Shown here one piece after another: positions 49,001 through 64,000 of a DNA stretch of 64,000 nt. The notes under the pieces are model-generated. The model was given only the letters and a program-made list of their open reading frames with translations. It was not told the origin of the DNA and made no database searches. Source of the DNA: Macrostomum hystrix (taxonomy: Eukaryota; Animalia; Platyhelminthes); assembly GCA_950097015.1 (NCBI GenBank), contig CATNEN010000026.1, positions 1 to 64,000 of the forward strand, written 5' to 3'. The position numbers and the translations under genes were made by a program. The first letter of the stretch is position 1, and every line of letters starts with the position of its first letter.

Positions 49001-52000
49001 TACAAGTAGTTCATTAAGCTACTACAGGTAGTTCATTAAGCTACTACAGGTAGTTCATTAAGCTACTACAAGTACGAGCTAGTTCATTAAGCTACTACAA
49101 GAGTTCATTAAGCTACTACAAGAGTTCATTAAGCTACTACAAGAGTTCATTAAGCTACTACAAGAGTTCATTAAGCTACTAAAAGTAGTTCCTCCCCACA
49201 TCGCCCAGGTGCTGGCCAGCCCCAACGCCAGCCTGCAGCAGCTGGAGGAGCTGACGTCTCTGCCGGCCAATCCTGTGTACGAGGGCTACATTCACGAGTT
49301 GCGCTGTCGGCAGGCGCTGCTGAAATTTCATCCCCACCTGCATTCAACTCTGGCCCGCCTGCCAACAGGCGAAGTTGTCACATTCAGTGTCGAGTTCTGC
49401 GTCGGCCGCACAGGTTATCGGCGATGTCATCACGCTGTGTCGCTGGCTGGCAGTCAGGCGCTGCCCTGGTCGACGCTTTTCCCTGAACTAATCAGTAAAG
49501 ATGAGAACGACGCTGACAATCGACCTAAGCCGCCGCAGGTGCTTTGGGACATGTTGGTTACATTTTTTGTCTTTAGTGTTCCAATTCAGTCAGTTATTCT
49601 TCCTGAGGTTTTTCCTTCAATTTTCGCTATTCTGAAGACTCTCCTGAAGTTTTCCTTTCTGAAATTTTCTTTCCTGAGGTTTCTTTCCTGAAGTTTTCTT
49701 TCCTGAGGTTTCTTTCCTAATGTTTTTTCGTGAGGTTTCTTTCTTAAAGTTTTCTTTCCTGAAGTTTTCTTCCCTGAAGTTTTTATTCCTGAAGTTTTCT
49801 TCCCTGAAGTTTTTATTCCTGAAGTTTTCTTTCCTGAAGTTTTCTTCCCTGAAGTTTTTATTCCTGAAGTTTTTATTCCTGAAGTTTTTATTCCTGAAGT
49901 TTTCTTTCCTAAAGTTTTCATTCCTGATGTTTTCTTTCTTGAATTTTTCTTTCTTGAATTTTTTACTGAAGCTCACCTCCCTGAAGTTTTCTTTCCTGAT
50001 ATTTTCTTTCCTGAGTTTTTTCTTTCTTGAAGTTTTCTTTTTTGAATCTTATACTGAAATTTTCTTCCCTGAAGTTTCTTCCCTGAAGTTTCTTCCCTGA
50101 AGTTACTTCCCTGAAGTTTCTTCCCTGAAGTTTTCTTTCCTAAAGTGTTCTTCCCTGAAGTTTTCTTTCCAGAGTTTCGCTTACCTAAAGTATTTTTCTT
50201 GTGGTATTTTTTCCTGAATTCAGTTTTCAATATTTTTTTATAAAGTACTTTAGATCGCAATGTTTTACTTGCTTCTCTAATTTTTTTCTTGCAATTTATT
50301 CTGCCGCGCCCCAGGTGCCCAACTGGCGCACCGTCGACTTCTTCAATAGTCGGCTAAACGATCGGCAGCGCTGCGCCGTGCGTCGCGTCCTGGCTGGCAG
50401 GCGCCGGCCTCGGCCCTACGTGATATTCGGGCCGCCAGGCACAGGCAAGACTGTCACCCTGGTTGAGTGCGCCCTGCAGCTGCTGCACCGGCTGCCCACG
50501 GCTCGCCTGCTGATCTGCGCTCCGTCTAATTCAGCCGCTGACCAGTTGGCTGACCGGCTGATGGCTTCTGGCCGACTCCCAATTGGCCAGCTGGTCAGGC
50601 TGAATGCTGCACGCAGGCGCGACGTTGAATCGGCCGCCTCCGCCGCGGTGGCCGCCGCATCCGTTGGCCCGGACCGGCTGAATCGGGCCGCTATGCATCG
50701 GGTCCTGGTTGCCACCTGCGTCACCGCCGGCTGCCTGCACGCGCTCGGCCTTCGGCGGGGCCATTTCACGCACGCCCTGGTGGATGAGGCCGGACAGGCT
50801 ACGGAGTCTGAACTGCTGCTGCCTATTAGCCTGGCTAGCGAACAGGTGACCACTGGGTGCCCACCCACCCACCTGTCTAATTAACCTAGCTGCCTACCAA
50901 CCCACCTGTCTAATTAACCTGGCTGCCCACCCACCCACCTGTCTAATTAACCTGGCTACCCACCCACTCACCTGTCTAATTAACCTGGCTGCCCACATAA
51001 CTGTCTAATTAACCTGATTTATCTATCTAATCAACTTAGCTACCCACCAACTTACCTATTTACTTGCCTACCTACCTGCCTGCTTACCTACCTACCTACC
51101 TACCTACCTACCTGCCTACCTACCTACCTACCTACCTACCTACCTGCTTACCTACCTACCTACCTACCTACCTACCTGCTTACCTACCTACCTACCTACC
51201 TACCTACCCACCTACCCATCAGGTGATTCTGGCCGGCGACCCGATGCAGCTCGGCCCAGTGGTCCAATCAACCTGGGCACTGAAGTTCGGCCTAGGCGAG
51301 TCCCTGCTCCACCGCCTCATAGAGACCTCGCCGGCCTACGCCCGACGTCCCGGTCGCTATCCGGACGACGGCTACGATCCCCTGCTGGTGACGAAACTGC
51401 TGGAGAACTACCGCAGCCATCCCGCACTGCTCACAGTCTACTCCGACCTGTTCTACCATTCCGAATTGATTCCGCGAGTGGATCCCGCGGCCGGCAATCG
51501 GTTCCTGACCTGGCCCAGCCTGCCGAATCCCCAAGTGCCGCTGCTATTTCACGGCGTCATCGGCGAGGACCGGCGCGAAGGCGACTCGCCGTCATGGTTC
51601 AATCCAGCCGAGGCTGTGCTGGTGGTTCGCTACGTCATCGACCTGCTGGCGCTTTGGCCGCATCTCGGCGACGCCAACGACGGCATGGGCGTGGTCACGC
51701 CGTACAGGAAGCAGGCCGAGAAGATCCGATCGCTGCTATTGGCCACGGACTCCCCGGATGTGCGCGTGGCCTCCGTGGAGGAATTTCAGGGACAGGTGCG
51801 AGAACTGTATGGGATTAAAGGTGTAAATCATATTAGGAATTAAAAGGATTAGTGAATGTTAAAGGATCAGGGTGTGGGAAGGATTTTTTAGTGGGAAGTA
51901 TTAGTGAGTGGGGAGGATTAGTGAGTGGGCAGGATTAGTGAGTGGGAAGGATTAGTTAGTGGGAAGGATTAGTGAGTGGGAAGGATTAGTGAGTGGGGAG

Positions 52001-52416
52001 GATTAGTTTGTTTAAAAGTATTAGTGGGCAGAATAGGAAATGTTTGGAAAGGATTATTAGCTTCTTGTATGAAGGAGTAGGCACAGCAGCGAGATGGATT
52101 AAGAAAAGGGTTTTCTCAACCAGCTCGATCCTAAAGATCCCTCATCTCAACTCAACCGTCACAGGAGCGCCAGGCCATTGTGCTATCCACGGTGCGCAGC
52201 CAGCCGGACCTTCTGGCCTTCGACAGGCGCCATCGGCTCGGCTTCCTGGCCAATCCGCGCCGGTTCAACGTGTCCGTGTCCCGCGCCGCCGGCCTCCTGG
52301 TGGTGATCGGCAACCCGCACCTGCTGGCCGGCGATCCCTGCTGGCTGGCCCTGATTCGCTACGCCATTGACAATGGTTGCTATACTGGCTGCCACTTCAC
52401 GCTGTCGCCTAGCTAA
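43081..52416 (+). CDS. MOV10L1: MOV10L1/Armitage-like UPF1-family (SF1) RNA helicase, ~1125 aa; join(43081..43728,46815..47225,48064..48696,49209..49538,50315..50845,51223..51795,52165..52416)
   Basis: All introns are phase-0 GT-AG. GPPGTGKT, LVDEAGQATE, LAGDPMQLGP, NYRSH, SWFNPAE, TPYRKQ, SVEEFQGQE, STVRS and RFNVSVSRA motifs. N-terminal VTS..GDWV..PLR..RRGD.V..VAIES and LAEGRPSL.VGDK match MOV10L1. The start codon is uncertain (43081, or 43101 with a 70-bp intron). Confidence 0.9.
44573..45930 (-). mobile_element. Crypton-type tyrosine recombinase transposon ORF (DUF3504-like), ~450 codons, with one stop and one frameshift
   Basis: Catalytic set present: ALRG (R), NHSLRAT (HxxR), TGHRS (H), RTYK (Y); also DEEKLW..LGSETPEQLL. 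In-frame TAA at 45727-45729 and a frameshift in the A5 run at 44905-44909. Confidence 0.88.
46216..46313. other. ~98-bp imperfect palindrome centred on GAGCC-TTC-GGCTC next to the Crypton 5' end
   Basis: Arms GATAATGCATGGCCTTTACGGGTTGTATT..TTAAAT and (reverse complement) GATAAAGCATGGCTTTTAGGGTTGTATT..TTAAAT. Confidence 0.75.
47295..47582 (+). mobile_element. tRNA-derived SINE (family 2), 5'-degenerate copy
   Basis: Homologous to the 58190-58573 and 60941-61289 copies; ends CCTCCTGCAATT(ATT)n. Confidence 0.85.
47690..48017. repeat. 22-bp minisatellite (GTGTCAGTAGATAATGAACCGA / ...GAAGCAA), ~14 copies
   Basis: Read directly; helicase intron 2. Confidence 0.92.
48790..49190. repeat. 22-bp minisatellite (GTAGTTCATTAAGCTACTACAA), ~18 copies
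   Basis: Read directly; helicase intron 3, ending ~20 bp before the acceptor. Confidence 0.92.
49600..50240. repeat. Degenerate 15-bp minisatellite (CCTGAAGTTTTCTTY)
   Basis: Read directly; helicase intron 4. Confidence 0.88.
50860..51220. repeat. ~35-bp repeats followed by a (CTAC)n microsatellite
   Basis: CACCTGTCTAATTAACCTGGCT units, then CCTA runs; helicase intron 5. Confidence 0.88.
51890..52010. repeat. 17-bp repeat (ATTAGTGAGTGGGAAGG)
   Basis: Read directly; helicase intron 6. Confidence 0.8.
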
Positions 52417-52467
52417 TCGGGACTATTGAGAAAAATATGTCATTTTTGAATCCTTAGTATTAAAGTG

Positions 52468-52802
52468 CCATTTTGAGCCATTAGCAATGAGAAGAAAGTG
52501 CCACTTTGAGCCATTAGCAATGAGAAGAAAGGGCCACTTTGAGCCATTAGCAATGAGAAGAAAGGGCCACTTTGAGCCATTAGCAATGAGAAGAAAGTGC
52601 CACTTTGAGCCATTAGCAATGAGAAGAAAGTGCCACTTTGAGCCATTAGCAATGAGAAGAAAGTGCCATTTTGAACCATTAGCAATGAGAAGAAAGTGCC
52701 ACTTTGAGCCATTAGCAATGAGAAGAAAGTGCCATTTTGAACCATTAGCAATGAGAAGAAAGTGCCACTTTGAGCCATTAGCAATGAGAAGAAAGTGCCA
52801 CT
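52468..52802. repeat. 33-bp minisatellite (CTTTGAGCCATTAGCAATGAGAAGAAAGTGCCA), ~10 copies
   Basis: Read directly; starts ~50 bp after the helicase stop codon. Confidence 0.93.
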
Positions 52803-53236
52803 TTTGTAATTTTTATGGCTGTAGGCCTAGTCGCCTAGGGTTACTAGGCCCTTTTATCCTGATCAGAGTTTGCTGATCTGGACCCTCATCTTGAAATTGA
52901 AAACGGTGTCCGTAATTTGGCTTGCTATAAAGCTTGTTCCTTTTTTCCTTCTACTGTTATAGCCTTTCTGTCTGTTTGTTTGTGCTGGGTTTTTGTTTTT
53001 CAAGTTGCTACCCAGATCAGCATTTTATGTTCATTTGGTTTGTATTTTCAATTGTTTGTTTGTTTGTCTTGTGTTGAAATAAAATTTTAAAGTGAAGTGA
53101 AGACTGTCACTGCAATTTAGAAAGCTGTGCCCAGTTAAATGACAGGTAGAAGATAATTTATTTATGTATTGATGTTCATTTGTTAAATTTTTGCTGTGAA
53201 AATATTGGAAACATCAATAGTTACTGTGGAAATGCT

Positions 53237-53534
53237 AAATCTAGTCCAGCATGGGATTTCTAAATCTAGTCCAGTATGGGATTTCTAAATCTAGTCCAGC
53301 ATGGGATTTCTAAATCTAGTCCAGTATGGGATTTCTAAATCTAATCCAGTATGGGATTTCTAAATCTAGTCCAGTATGGGATTTCTAAATCAAGTCCAGT
53401 ATGGGATTTCTGAATCAAGTCCAGTATGGGATTTCTGAATCTAATCCAGTATGGGATTTCTGAATCTAGTCCAGTATGGGATTTCTAAATCAAGTCCGGT
53501 GTGGGATTTCAAAATCTATTCCAGTGTGGGATTC
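53237..53534. repeat. 25-bp minisatellite (CTAAATCTAGTCCAGTATGGGATTT), ~12 copies
   Basis: Read directly. Confidence 0.9.
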
Positions 53535-53536
53535 TA

Positions 53537-54466
53537 CGAGGGGTGTCCCAAAAGTTCCCGGAATGTCCAAGGTAGCTCTTCAACGGGGCCATGAAATTTC
53601 ATGCCCATGGTGTCAAATGAAAGGAAATTTTGTCACAAAAAAACAATGTTAAAATAATGTTCATATCTTTTTCTATTCAGGAGCTGCAGCAAGAAACGCG
53701 CGAAGGTCAGGGGTAGTGTTACACAAGTTCAAAACTTTATGGCAATGATTTTTCATCTCCATTTTTGGATATTTTCATTTTGAATTAGTGCTAGTGAGGT
53801 GTCAGAAAGACGTGGCAGTGTCTATGGAAAAAAACAGAAATGCTCATAAAGCTTATCTTAGCTTTTACGCGAGTGCAGATAATTCGTACCAGCGCTTTTT
53901 GCACCATGACAATGCTCGGCCACACACTGCTGGAAAGACGATGGCGCAGATCGACCGATGGGCTGAATTTTGAGTTGGTGCCTCATCCGCCCTACTCGCC
54001 AGACTTGGCCCCTGCCGATTTTGCCATCTTTCCACAAATGAAGAAACTTCTTCGTGGCCGGGTGTTCAAGAACCGCAGTGAAATTGAAGACTTCACTCGT
54101 CGCGTCATCCGTGGAGAAGGGGACTACGTGGAGAAGGGGACTACGTGGAGAAGCCGCAGGTTGAGCTTAACGATTCGCTTTAAATTTTGAATTGGTGCAT
54201 GCCCCGAGGATTCATCAACGATATGAACTGTTCTGTGTTTTATTGTTTAAAATAATTTCCATAGATTTTTGAGCTTGTGTAACACTACCCCTGACCTTCG
54301 CGCACGTTTCTTGCTGCAGCTCCTGAATAGAAAAAGATATGAACATGATTTTAACTTTGTTTTTTTGTGACAAAATTTCCTTTCATTTGACACCATGGGC
54401 ATGAAATTTCATGGCTCCGTTGAAGAGCTACCTAGGACATTCCGGGAATTTTTGGGACACACCTCG
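53537..54466 (+). mobile_element. Internally deleted Tc1/mariner element with ~210-bp TIRs
   Basis: TA TSD, TIRs starting CGAGG, and internal transposase remnants LHHDNARPH and PHPPYSPDLAPADF (mariner D,D34D region). Confidence 0.92.
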
Positions 54467-54885
54467 TAGAACAAAAATTTGTGATTTCTATTTATTTTAC
54501 GGCGGTTTCTAAGCAGTCTAATTTGGGCTAATTCAAATTCTAAATAATTTCAAATTTAGTTTTTTTAATCCTATTCTTTGGGGATTCAGAAACCTACAAC
54601 AAAAATATTTTTTCTTACTGTGTAATTATAATAGTCTAAACGGCTCATTTTTGTCAATTTTCAAATTTTTTTTCGTCATTAACAACATTGAAAAATTACT
54701 ACGAGTATAAACCTCAGTTCAACTGTGACTTCCAAGAGCCTGTTACCTTTATTTCGCTTTAAAATAGTTGTTCAACAAGTGTTAAATTATCCTTATGCTA
54801 CAATAAAACATATTACTAAATACTAATAAGCAAGTGTTTTAGTTCATACCAATCGGATTGTATCAAAGTCGTTATTCAACAATAA

Positions 54886-58804
<3,919 letters not shown>

Positions 58805-59233
58805 AACTGTTTCGTATAGTGAAAGTGAAGATCAAGCAATCAGAAAATGCGGTGAATTATCTACTGGATCCGCGGCCTATGGCCTCGACCGGCGCCACCA
58901 CGCGACGGATCGTGTTTCGCGCCAATTTGAATCGCAGTATTCCCTTGGCCTACCGATCCATAGTTATTTTCCATTGTGTGACTCGCACGGAAGTAGTTGG
59001 TGTGCAGGACACGCCTAAATTCATGTTTAGTCATTAAAATCGGTGCATTACGGAGCACTAAAGATCACAAGCCATTGTAATTACTTAATAAATTAGTAAA
59101 ATGTGCTACTGATCCCCGGCACTTAATGTTTTATTACGTATAGCTACGTACTTTCTCAGTTAAGAAACAATAGTTCTTAACTTGAATAGCGACTCTTTAT
59201 ACTCGTATGTCTATGGCTAGATATTGTCTATGG

Positions 59234-59905
59234 CAGGGCTTGCAAACTCATTAGTATGCGGGCCACGGAGAGAACCTAAAAGATGAAAGCGGGCCGCATT
59301 GACTGTAGGAATATGAGAAACGAGAGAGATAAGGCAGGGGGGAGATGAGACACAAGAGATGAGATAGGGGAGAGATGACAAAGGGAAGAGATGAGACGGG
59401 AAAGAGACGGACGGGAAACAGGGGAGATATGAGACACGGGATAGATGAGACACGGGATAGATGAGACACGGGATAGATGAGACACGGGATAGATGAGACA
59501 CGGGATAGATGAGACACGGGATAGATGAGACTCGGGATAGATGAGACACGGGATAGATGAGACTCGGGATAGATGAGACTCGGGATAGATGAGACACGGG
59601 ATAGATGAGACTCGGGATAGATGAGACACGGGATAGATGAGACACGGGATAGATGAGACTCGGGATAGATGAGACTCGGGATAGATGAGACACGGGAGAG
59701 ATGAGACACGGGAGAGATGAGACACGGGATAGATGAGACTCGGGATAGATGAGAAAGGGAAGAGATGAGACCGAGGAGAGATAAGACTCTCAATCTCTAG
59801 ATGAGAGAGATGAGACAGGATGCCATAGGTGTTGGAAGAGGCAACGGGCCGGATTTGGGAGCTTCGAGGGCCGCATCTGGCCCGCGGCCGGAGTTTGCGA
59901 CCTTA
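59234..59905. mobile_element. Probable hAT-like non-autonomous element containing a 16-bp minisatellite (ATGAGACWCGGGATAG, ~59430-59790)
   Basis: Ends CAGGGCTTGCAAACTC and (reverse complement) TAAGGTCGCAAACTC with GGGCCG subterminal motifs. No TSD found. The repeat itself is certain. Confidence 0.5.
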
Positions 59906-60316
59906 TACCTGGTACCTGGTCAGTGGTATCACATCGTATTTTAATGCATTGTTAAATGCAAAGGTATGGCACCTACGCGAGAAATAAAAATATTACAATT
60001 CTTAACTTTGCACAGTCCACAACTGAGAAAAGTAAAGTTAACGCAGCTTGTTTGATGCGAAAGCATTTAGACAAGGCAAACAGAACCGGCTCGGCTGGAC
60101 ATAAGCCAGAGTAACAAACTGAGGTTAAGACACTGCTCTCATGCAGGCTCAATATGTCAATCATACCTTTGTCTAACAAAAATTCTAGTGAAAAAAATGG
60201 ACGTAATACATTAGTCAGGACCCTTTGAAAACAGATTACTAAGCTGTGTAATCAATGTCATCGGCCGGTTCTCTGCAGCTCAAACAATGACCGGAAACAC
60301 GTGCAACTGACTCGGC

Positions 60317-60322
60317 TATAAA
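60317..60322 (+). promoter_or_regulatory. TATA box of the small secreted-peptide gene
   Basis: TATAAA 104 bp upstream of the ATG at 60421, preceded by CACGTG and TGACTC motifs. Confidence 0.6.
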
Positions 60323-60420
60323 TTCGGAGCTCCCGACTCTACAAGGAGGACAATTCAACGACTAACAGTCAAACACAGACTCCCAGCCTCATCAAGAGAC
60401 AACTCAGACCCGACTCAATC

Positions 60421-60651
60421 ATGAAGTGGCAGCTCGCTCTCGGACTCCTGCTGTGCGCCGCCCTGGTCGCCGCCAGGCCCAATCAGGAGGCGGAGGAGGC
60501 GGACACCCTGGCCGCCCTGGAGGCCCTGTCCAACATCGAGGGTCTGTCGGACGAGGGAGCCGTGCACCTGGCCAAGAAGGGCATCCGCGTCAGGAAGGTC
60601 ATCCGCGTCATCAGGAACATCAAGGATGTCGCTGGCGCCATCGCCAACTAA
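60421..60651 (+). CDS. Single-exon 76-aa prepropeptide: signal peptide, acidic propiece, KK, then a 23-aa cationic amphipathic peptide (putative antimicrobial peptide)
   Basis: MKWQLALGLLLCAALVAA | RPNQEAEEADTLAALEALSNIEGLSDEGAVHLAKK | GIRVRKVIRVIRNIKDVAGAIAN*. Strong GC3 codon bias, CAATCATGA start context, upstream TATA box and downstream AATAAA. Confidence 0.85.
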   Translation: MKWQLALGLLLCAALVAARPNQEAEEADTLAALEALSNIEGLSDEGAVHLAKKGIRVRKVIRVIRNIKDVAGAIAN

Positions 60652-60820
60652 AGATCTTGACTTCAACTTGCTGACTTGACATTGAACAGACCGAAAAGCG
60701 CTGGACTCAACTAAGCTCCCATAATGTACTCATTTGAATTTACTAGCGAAATACTGTACCTAAGAGCTCTGCCTTCAAGTACCTCCTAAGCTTCCACCAA
60801 GCTAAAAACATCGTTGGAAT

Positions 60821-60826
60821 AATAAA
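60821..60826 (+). terminator. Polyadenylation signal AATAAA for the peptide gene
   Basis: 170 bp after the stop codon, followed by a T/GT-rich downstream element. Confidence 0.6.
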
Positions 60827-60940
60827 TAACTTAAAATTAATTCTTACCAGCAATAATTGTTTTTATTACTATTAGTTGTATTTTGTTTTTTTCAGTATCT
60901 GGGCTTGTCTACGTAAGTTTTCGCTGACTAAAAAAATAAC

Positions 60941-61289
60941 AATAATAATAATAATAATAATAATTGCAGGAGGGCTGGGGGCAATGGCACATTATTCGGT
61001 GACACTAGACCCGCTGCCAGTGAGGCAATTCTGCCCATTTCGCTGATTCCTGAGCACACACGCACTCAGATACCGTACGCAGGTACACGTTCACACAGGT
61101 GTGTACATCTGCCCTGACTTTCTCATCGTCGGGCAGTGTACACTCACTGTGCCTTGGAGGTTGGCCCTTAACGGCCCTCAAAGCCCTCTGTCCGCGGCTG
61201 CGCCCCAAATGAATGTGGCCTCGCCGCGGAATCGAGCCCAGGGACATTAGTGCGAGAGGCAAACGCGTTAACCGTTCTGCCACTCACCC
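60941..61289 (-). mobile_element. tRNA-derived SINE (family 2), full length
   Basis: Reverse complement of the 58190 copy, with an (AAT)n tail on the plus strand and an imperfect TSD. A head-only fragment lies at ~39582-39637. Confidence 0.88.
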
Positions 61290-61825
61290 TAGTTTTCACT
61301 TGACTAGGATTTGAACTTCGGACCTCTCGGTTAGGATTAGCTCTTACCTCTTGGCTCTTACCTCCTTCCATTGGATAAGCATTTGAGACTTAAGCAGTTT
61401 ACAAGAGATTACTCGCACGATTGAGGCTGTTACTTAGATTTCTAAGACAAACATTACAAAAGTTGAAACTGATCATTTAAAATAGTAAATAAAGTGATGC
61501 AAATGAAGAGCTAATTTGAGGTTTTCCTATGGAAAAGTGAGCTTTAAAATACGCATACGCAGATTATGGCGTAAAACTTTATATATTTTATAATGAGAAA
61601 TTTATTACATATTACTAGTACGTGATGTTTAAATTAGGAATATAATACATGATAAAAGACACACAAAAGTAGCATTAGGTAAGGCTGGATCGTAGACAGT
61701 TCTAAACTTATACGCGAGTACAAGCGTACTATGATTCTCACAAGAAATGCTCAGCAGAGACACTCCAGGTACAGCTCCTCTATATTCTTAAATTTGTCAA
61801 TGCCAAGTTAATTTGTTTGCATTTG

Positions 61826-63089
61826 TTATAATTTCTTTCTCCGCCAAGCGTCCGGGCCAATGTCCAATTCGGTGTCTTCGGCATCCGCGTCCGCATCGGT
61901 GACGTCATCGTCAGCTACCTCCTGCTTCATCGCAGCCTTGGCTTCCTGTTTGATGTTAGCCGCCTCTTTAAGAAGCTCGAGTTCATTGAGTCTGTGCCAA
62001 GTCTCCCTGACAAAAATATAGTTTTTCTTAGGTTAGTAAAATTTCTATTACTGTTATCATGTTGTACACGAATATAGACAAGCTGGGCACAGTAACAGAC
62101 AAGTTGTACACAGTTACAGACAAGCTGTACACAACTAAAGACATGCTGTACACAGTTACAGACAAGCTGTACACAGTTACAGACAAGCTGTACACAGTTA
62201 CAGACATGCTGTACACAACTTCAGACATGCTGTACACAGTTACAGACAAGTTGTACACAGTTACAGACAAGCTGTACACAACTTCAGACATGCTGTACAC
62301 AGTTACAGACATGCTGTACACAACTTCAGACATGCTGTACACAGTTACAGACAAGCTGTACACAGTTACAGACATGCTGTACACAACTTCAGACATGCTG
62401 TACACAGTTACAGACATGCTGTACACAGTTACAGACAAGCTGTACACAGTTACAGACAAGCTGTACACAACTTCAGACATGCTGTACACAGTTACAGACA
62501 TGCTGTACACAACTTCAGACATGCTGTACACAGTTACAGATATACAGTACAAATTTACTGTAACGATTTTACCTCTTGATCGGTATTTAAAAATTTCCTA
62601 TCAATTAAGAACAAAATTGTACGAAGTTTATCCTATCCGATTCTGGTCCAAAATACAATCCTTAATCCTTAGTATTATCCTCATGGGATAAGTCGCTTGG
62701 GTCCGCCGCTACCGTTTACGGTTTGGTTTTAGCCATTGAGTTATTCATTCCTTTAATAATTGAGTAATTATCACCGATGATCCCTGTTGGGTCTTGTGGT
62801 AGGCCATTGGGTCTTAGAAGTAGACATTTACATCGCACACCCTTACCAAAATATCAAAATCCCTATGTACTCACTCCTGGGCTATGATCTCCTCTAAATA
62901 GCGGACATTGTCCGCCTCCTCTTCCGCAGCCTCGGCTATTCGATCCGATTCAACCTGGGTGTCGCGCATCTCTTTAGTGAAGAGCTCCAGCTCCTCCTCC
63001 ATCCGGTCTTTGTACGGCACGTGGCGAGCGCGCGCGTCAGCCACTGGATCGTCGAAGAAGCCTTCGGGTAGCTGCTGCTGCTTCTGCTT
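61826..63089 (-). CDS. ZNF830: ZNF830/CCDC16-like, last two coding exons; complement join(63089..62875,62006..61826); 5' part lies beyond the window
   Basis: LPEGFFDDPVADARAR..KDRMEEELELFTKEMR..EEIIAQ and the C-terminal DAWRRKKL* match the ZNF830 C-terminal domain. Splice phases agree. Confidence 0.85.
62080..62545. repeat. 21-bp minisatellite (ACAGACAWGCTGTACACAGTT), ~22 copies
   Basis: Read directly; last ZNF830 intron. Confidence 0.93.
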
Positions 63090-63183
63090 CTGTAACCAGC
63101 CATAAAGTGCGTACTTTCTAAGGCTTGATTTACAAGTGAGCGACCTTGATGGACCTAAGAAGGGCCTGAACGACTTGACGGGT

Positions 63184-64000
63184 CGAACCTGAAGGGATCT
63201 GAGTGGTGGAACCTGAAGGGATCTGAGTGGTGGAACCTGAAGGGATCTGAGTGGTGAAGAACCTGAAGGGATCTGAGTGGTGAAGAACCTGAAGGGATCT
63301 GAGTGGTGGAACCTGAAGGGATCTGAGTGGTGGAACCTGAAGGGATCTGAGTGGTGAAGAACCTGAAGGGATCTGAGTGGTGAAGAACCTGAAGGGATCT
63401 GAGTGGTGGAACCTGAAGGGATCTGGGTGGTGGAACCTGAAGGGATCTGAGTGGTGGAACCTGAAGGGATCTGGGTGGTGGAACCTGAAGGGATCTGGGT
63501 GGTGAAGAAACTGAAGGGATCTGAGTGGTGAAGAAACTGAAGGGATCTGAGTGGTGAAGAACCTGAAGGGATCTGGGTGGTGAAGAACCTGAAGGGATCT
63601 GAGTGGTGGAACCTGAAGGGATCTGAGTGGTGGAACCTGAAGGGATCTGAGTGGTGAAGAACCTGAAGGGATCTGAGTGGTGAAGAAACTGAAGGGATCT
63701 GGGTGGTGAAGAAACTGAAGGGATCTGAGTGGTGAAGAACCTGAAGGGATCTGGGTGGTGAAGAAACTGAAGGGATCTGGGTGGTGAAGAACCTGAAGGG
63801 ATCTGGGTGGTGAAGAACCTGAAGGGATCTGGGTGGTGAAGAACCTGAAGGGATCTGAGTGGTGAAGAACCTGAAGGGATCTGGGTGGTGAAGAAACTGA
63901 AGGGATCTGGGTGGTGAAGAACCTGAAGGGATCTGAGTGGTGAAGAACCTGAAGGGATCTGAGTGGTGAAGAACCTGAAGGGATCTGAGTGGTGAAAAAC
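63184..64000. repeat. 24/26-bp minisatellite (GAACCTGAAGGGATCTGRGTGGTG[AA]) running off the end of the window
   Basis: Read directly; the mixed unit lengths argue against coding; ZNF830 intron. Confidence 0.93.

Overview
This is eukaryotic (animal) genomic DNA, not prokaryotic: it has GT-AG introns, GC-rich and Gln-rich exons, AT-rich intergenic DNA, many transposons, and a different minisatellite in most long introns. The style resembles a free-living flatworm such as Macrostomum, but that is an impression only. I rebuilt gene models by hand with phase-consistent splice sites: (1) a 7-exon GPI-anchored mucin-like surface protein (15278-19484 +); (2) a divergent MED25 with VWA, ACID and Q-rich regions (32755-41750 +); (3) tRNA-Glu(TTC) (42553-42624 +); (4) a MOV10L1/Armitage-type piRNA helicase (43081-52416 +); (5) an Amt ammonium transporter with a long polyQ tail (58804-54886 -); (6) a single-exon 76-aa precursor built like a cationic antimicrobial peptide (60421-60651 +); (7) the last two exons of ZNF830/CCDC16 (63089-61826 -). 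Mobile DNA comprises a BEL/Pao remnant, a deleted Helitron, a deleted Gypsy, a young full-length Gypsy, LINE fragments including a rearranged RTE, hAT-like and Merlin-like MITEs, a long-TIR mariner, two SINE families, and a nearly intact Crypton tyrosine recombinase in intron 1 of the piRNA helicase gene. The best leads are the putative antimicrobial peptide, the Crypton with its flanking motifs, and a SINE segment matching the HDV ribozyme P3/L3. Family names come from remembered motifs, not database searches, and copy numbers are estimates.
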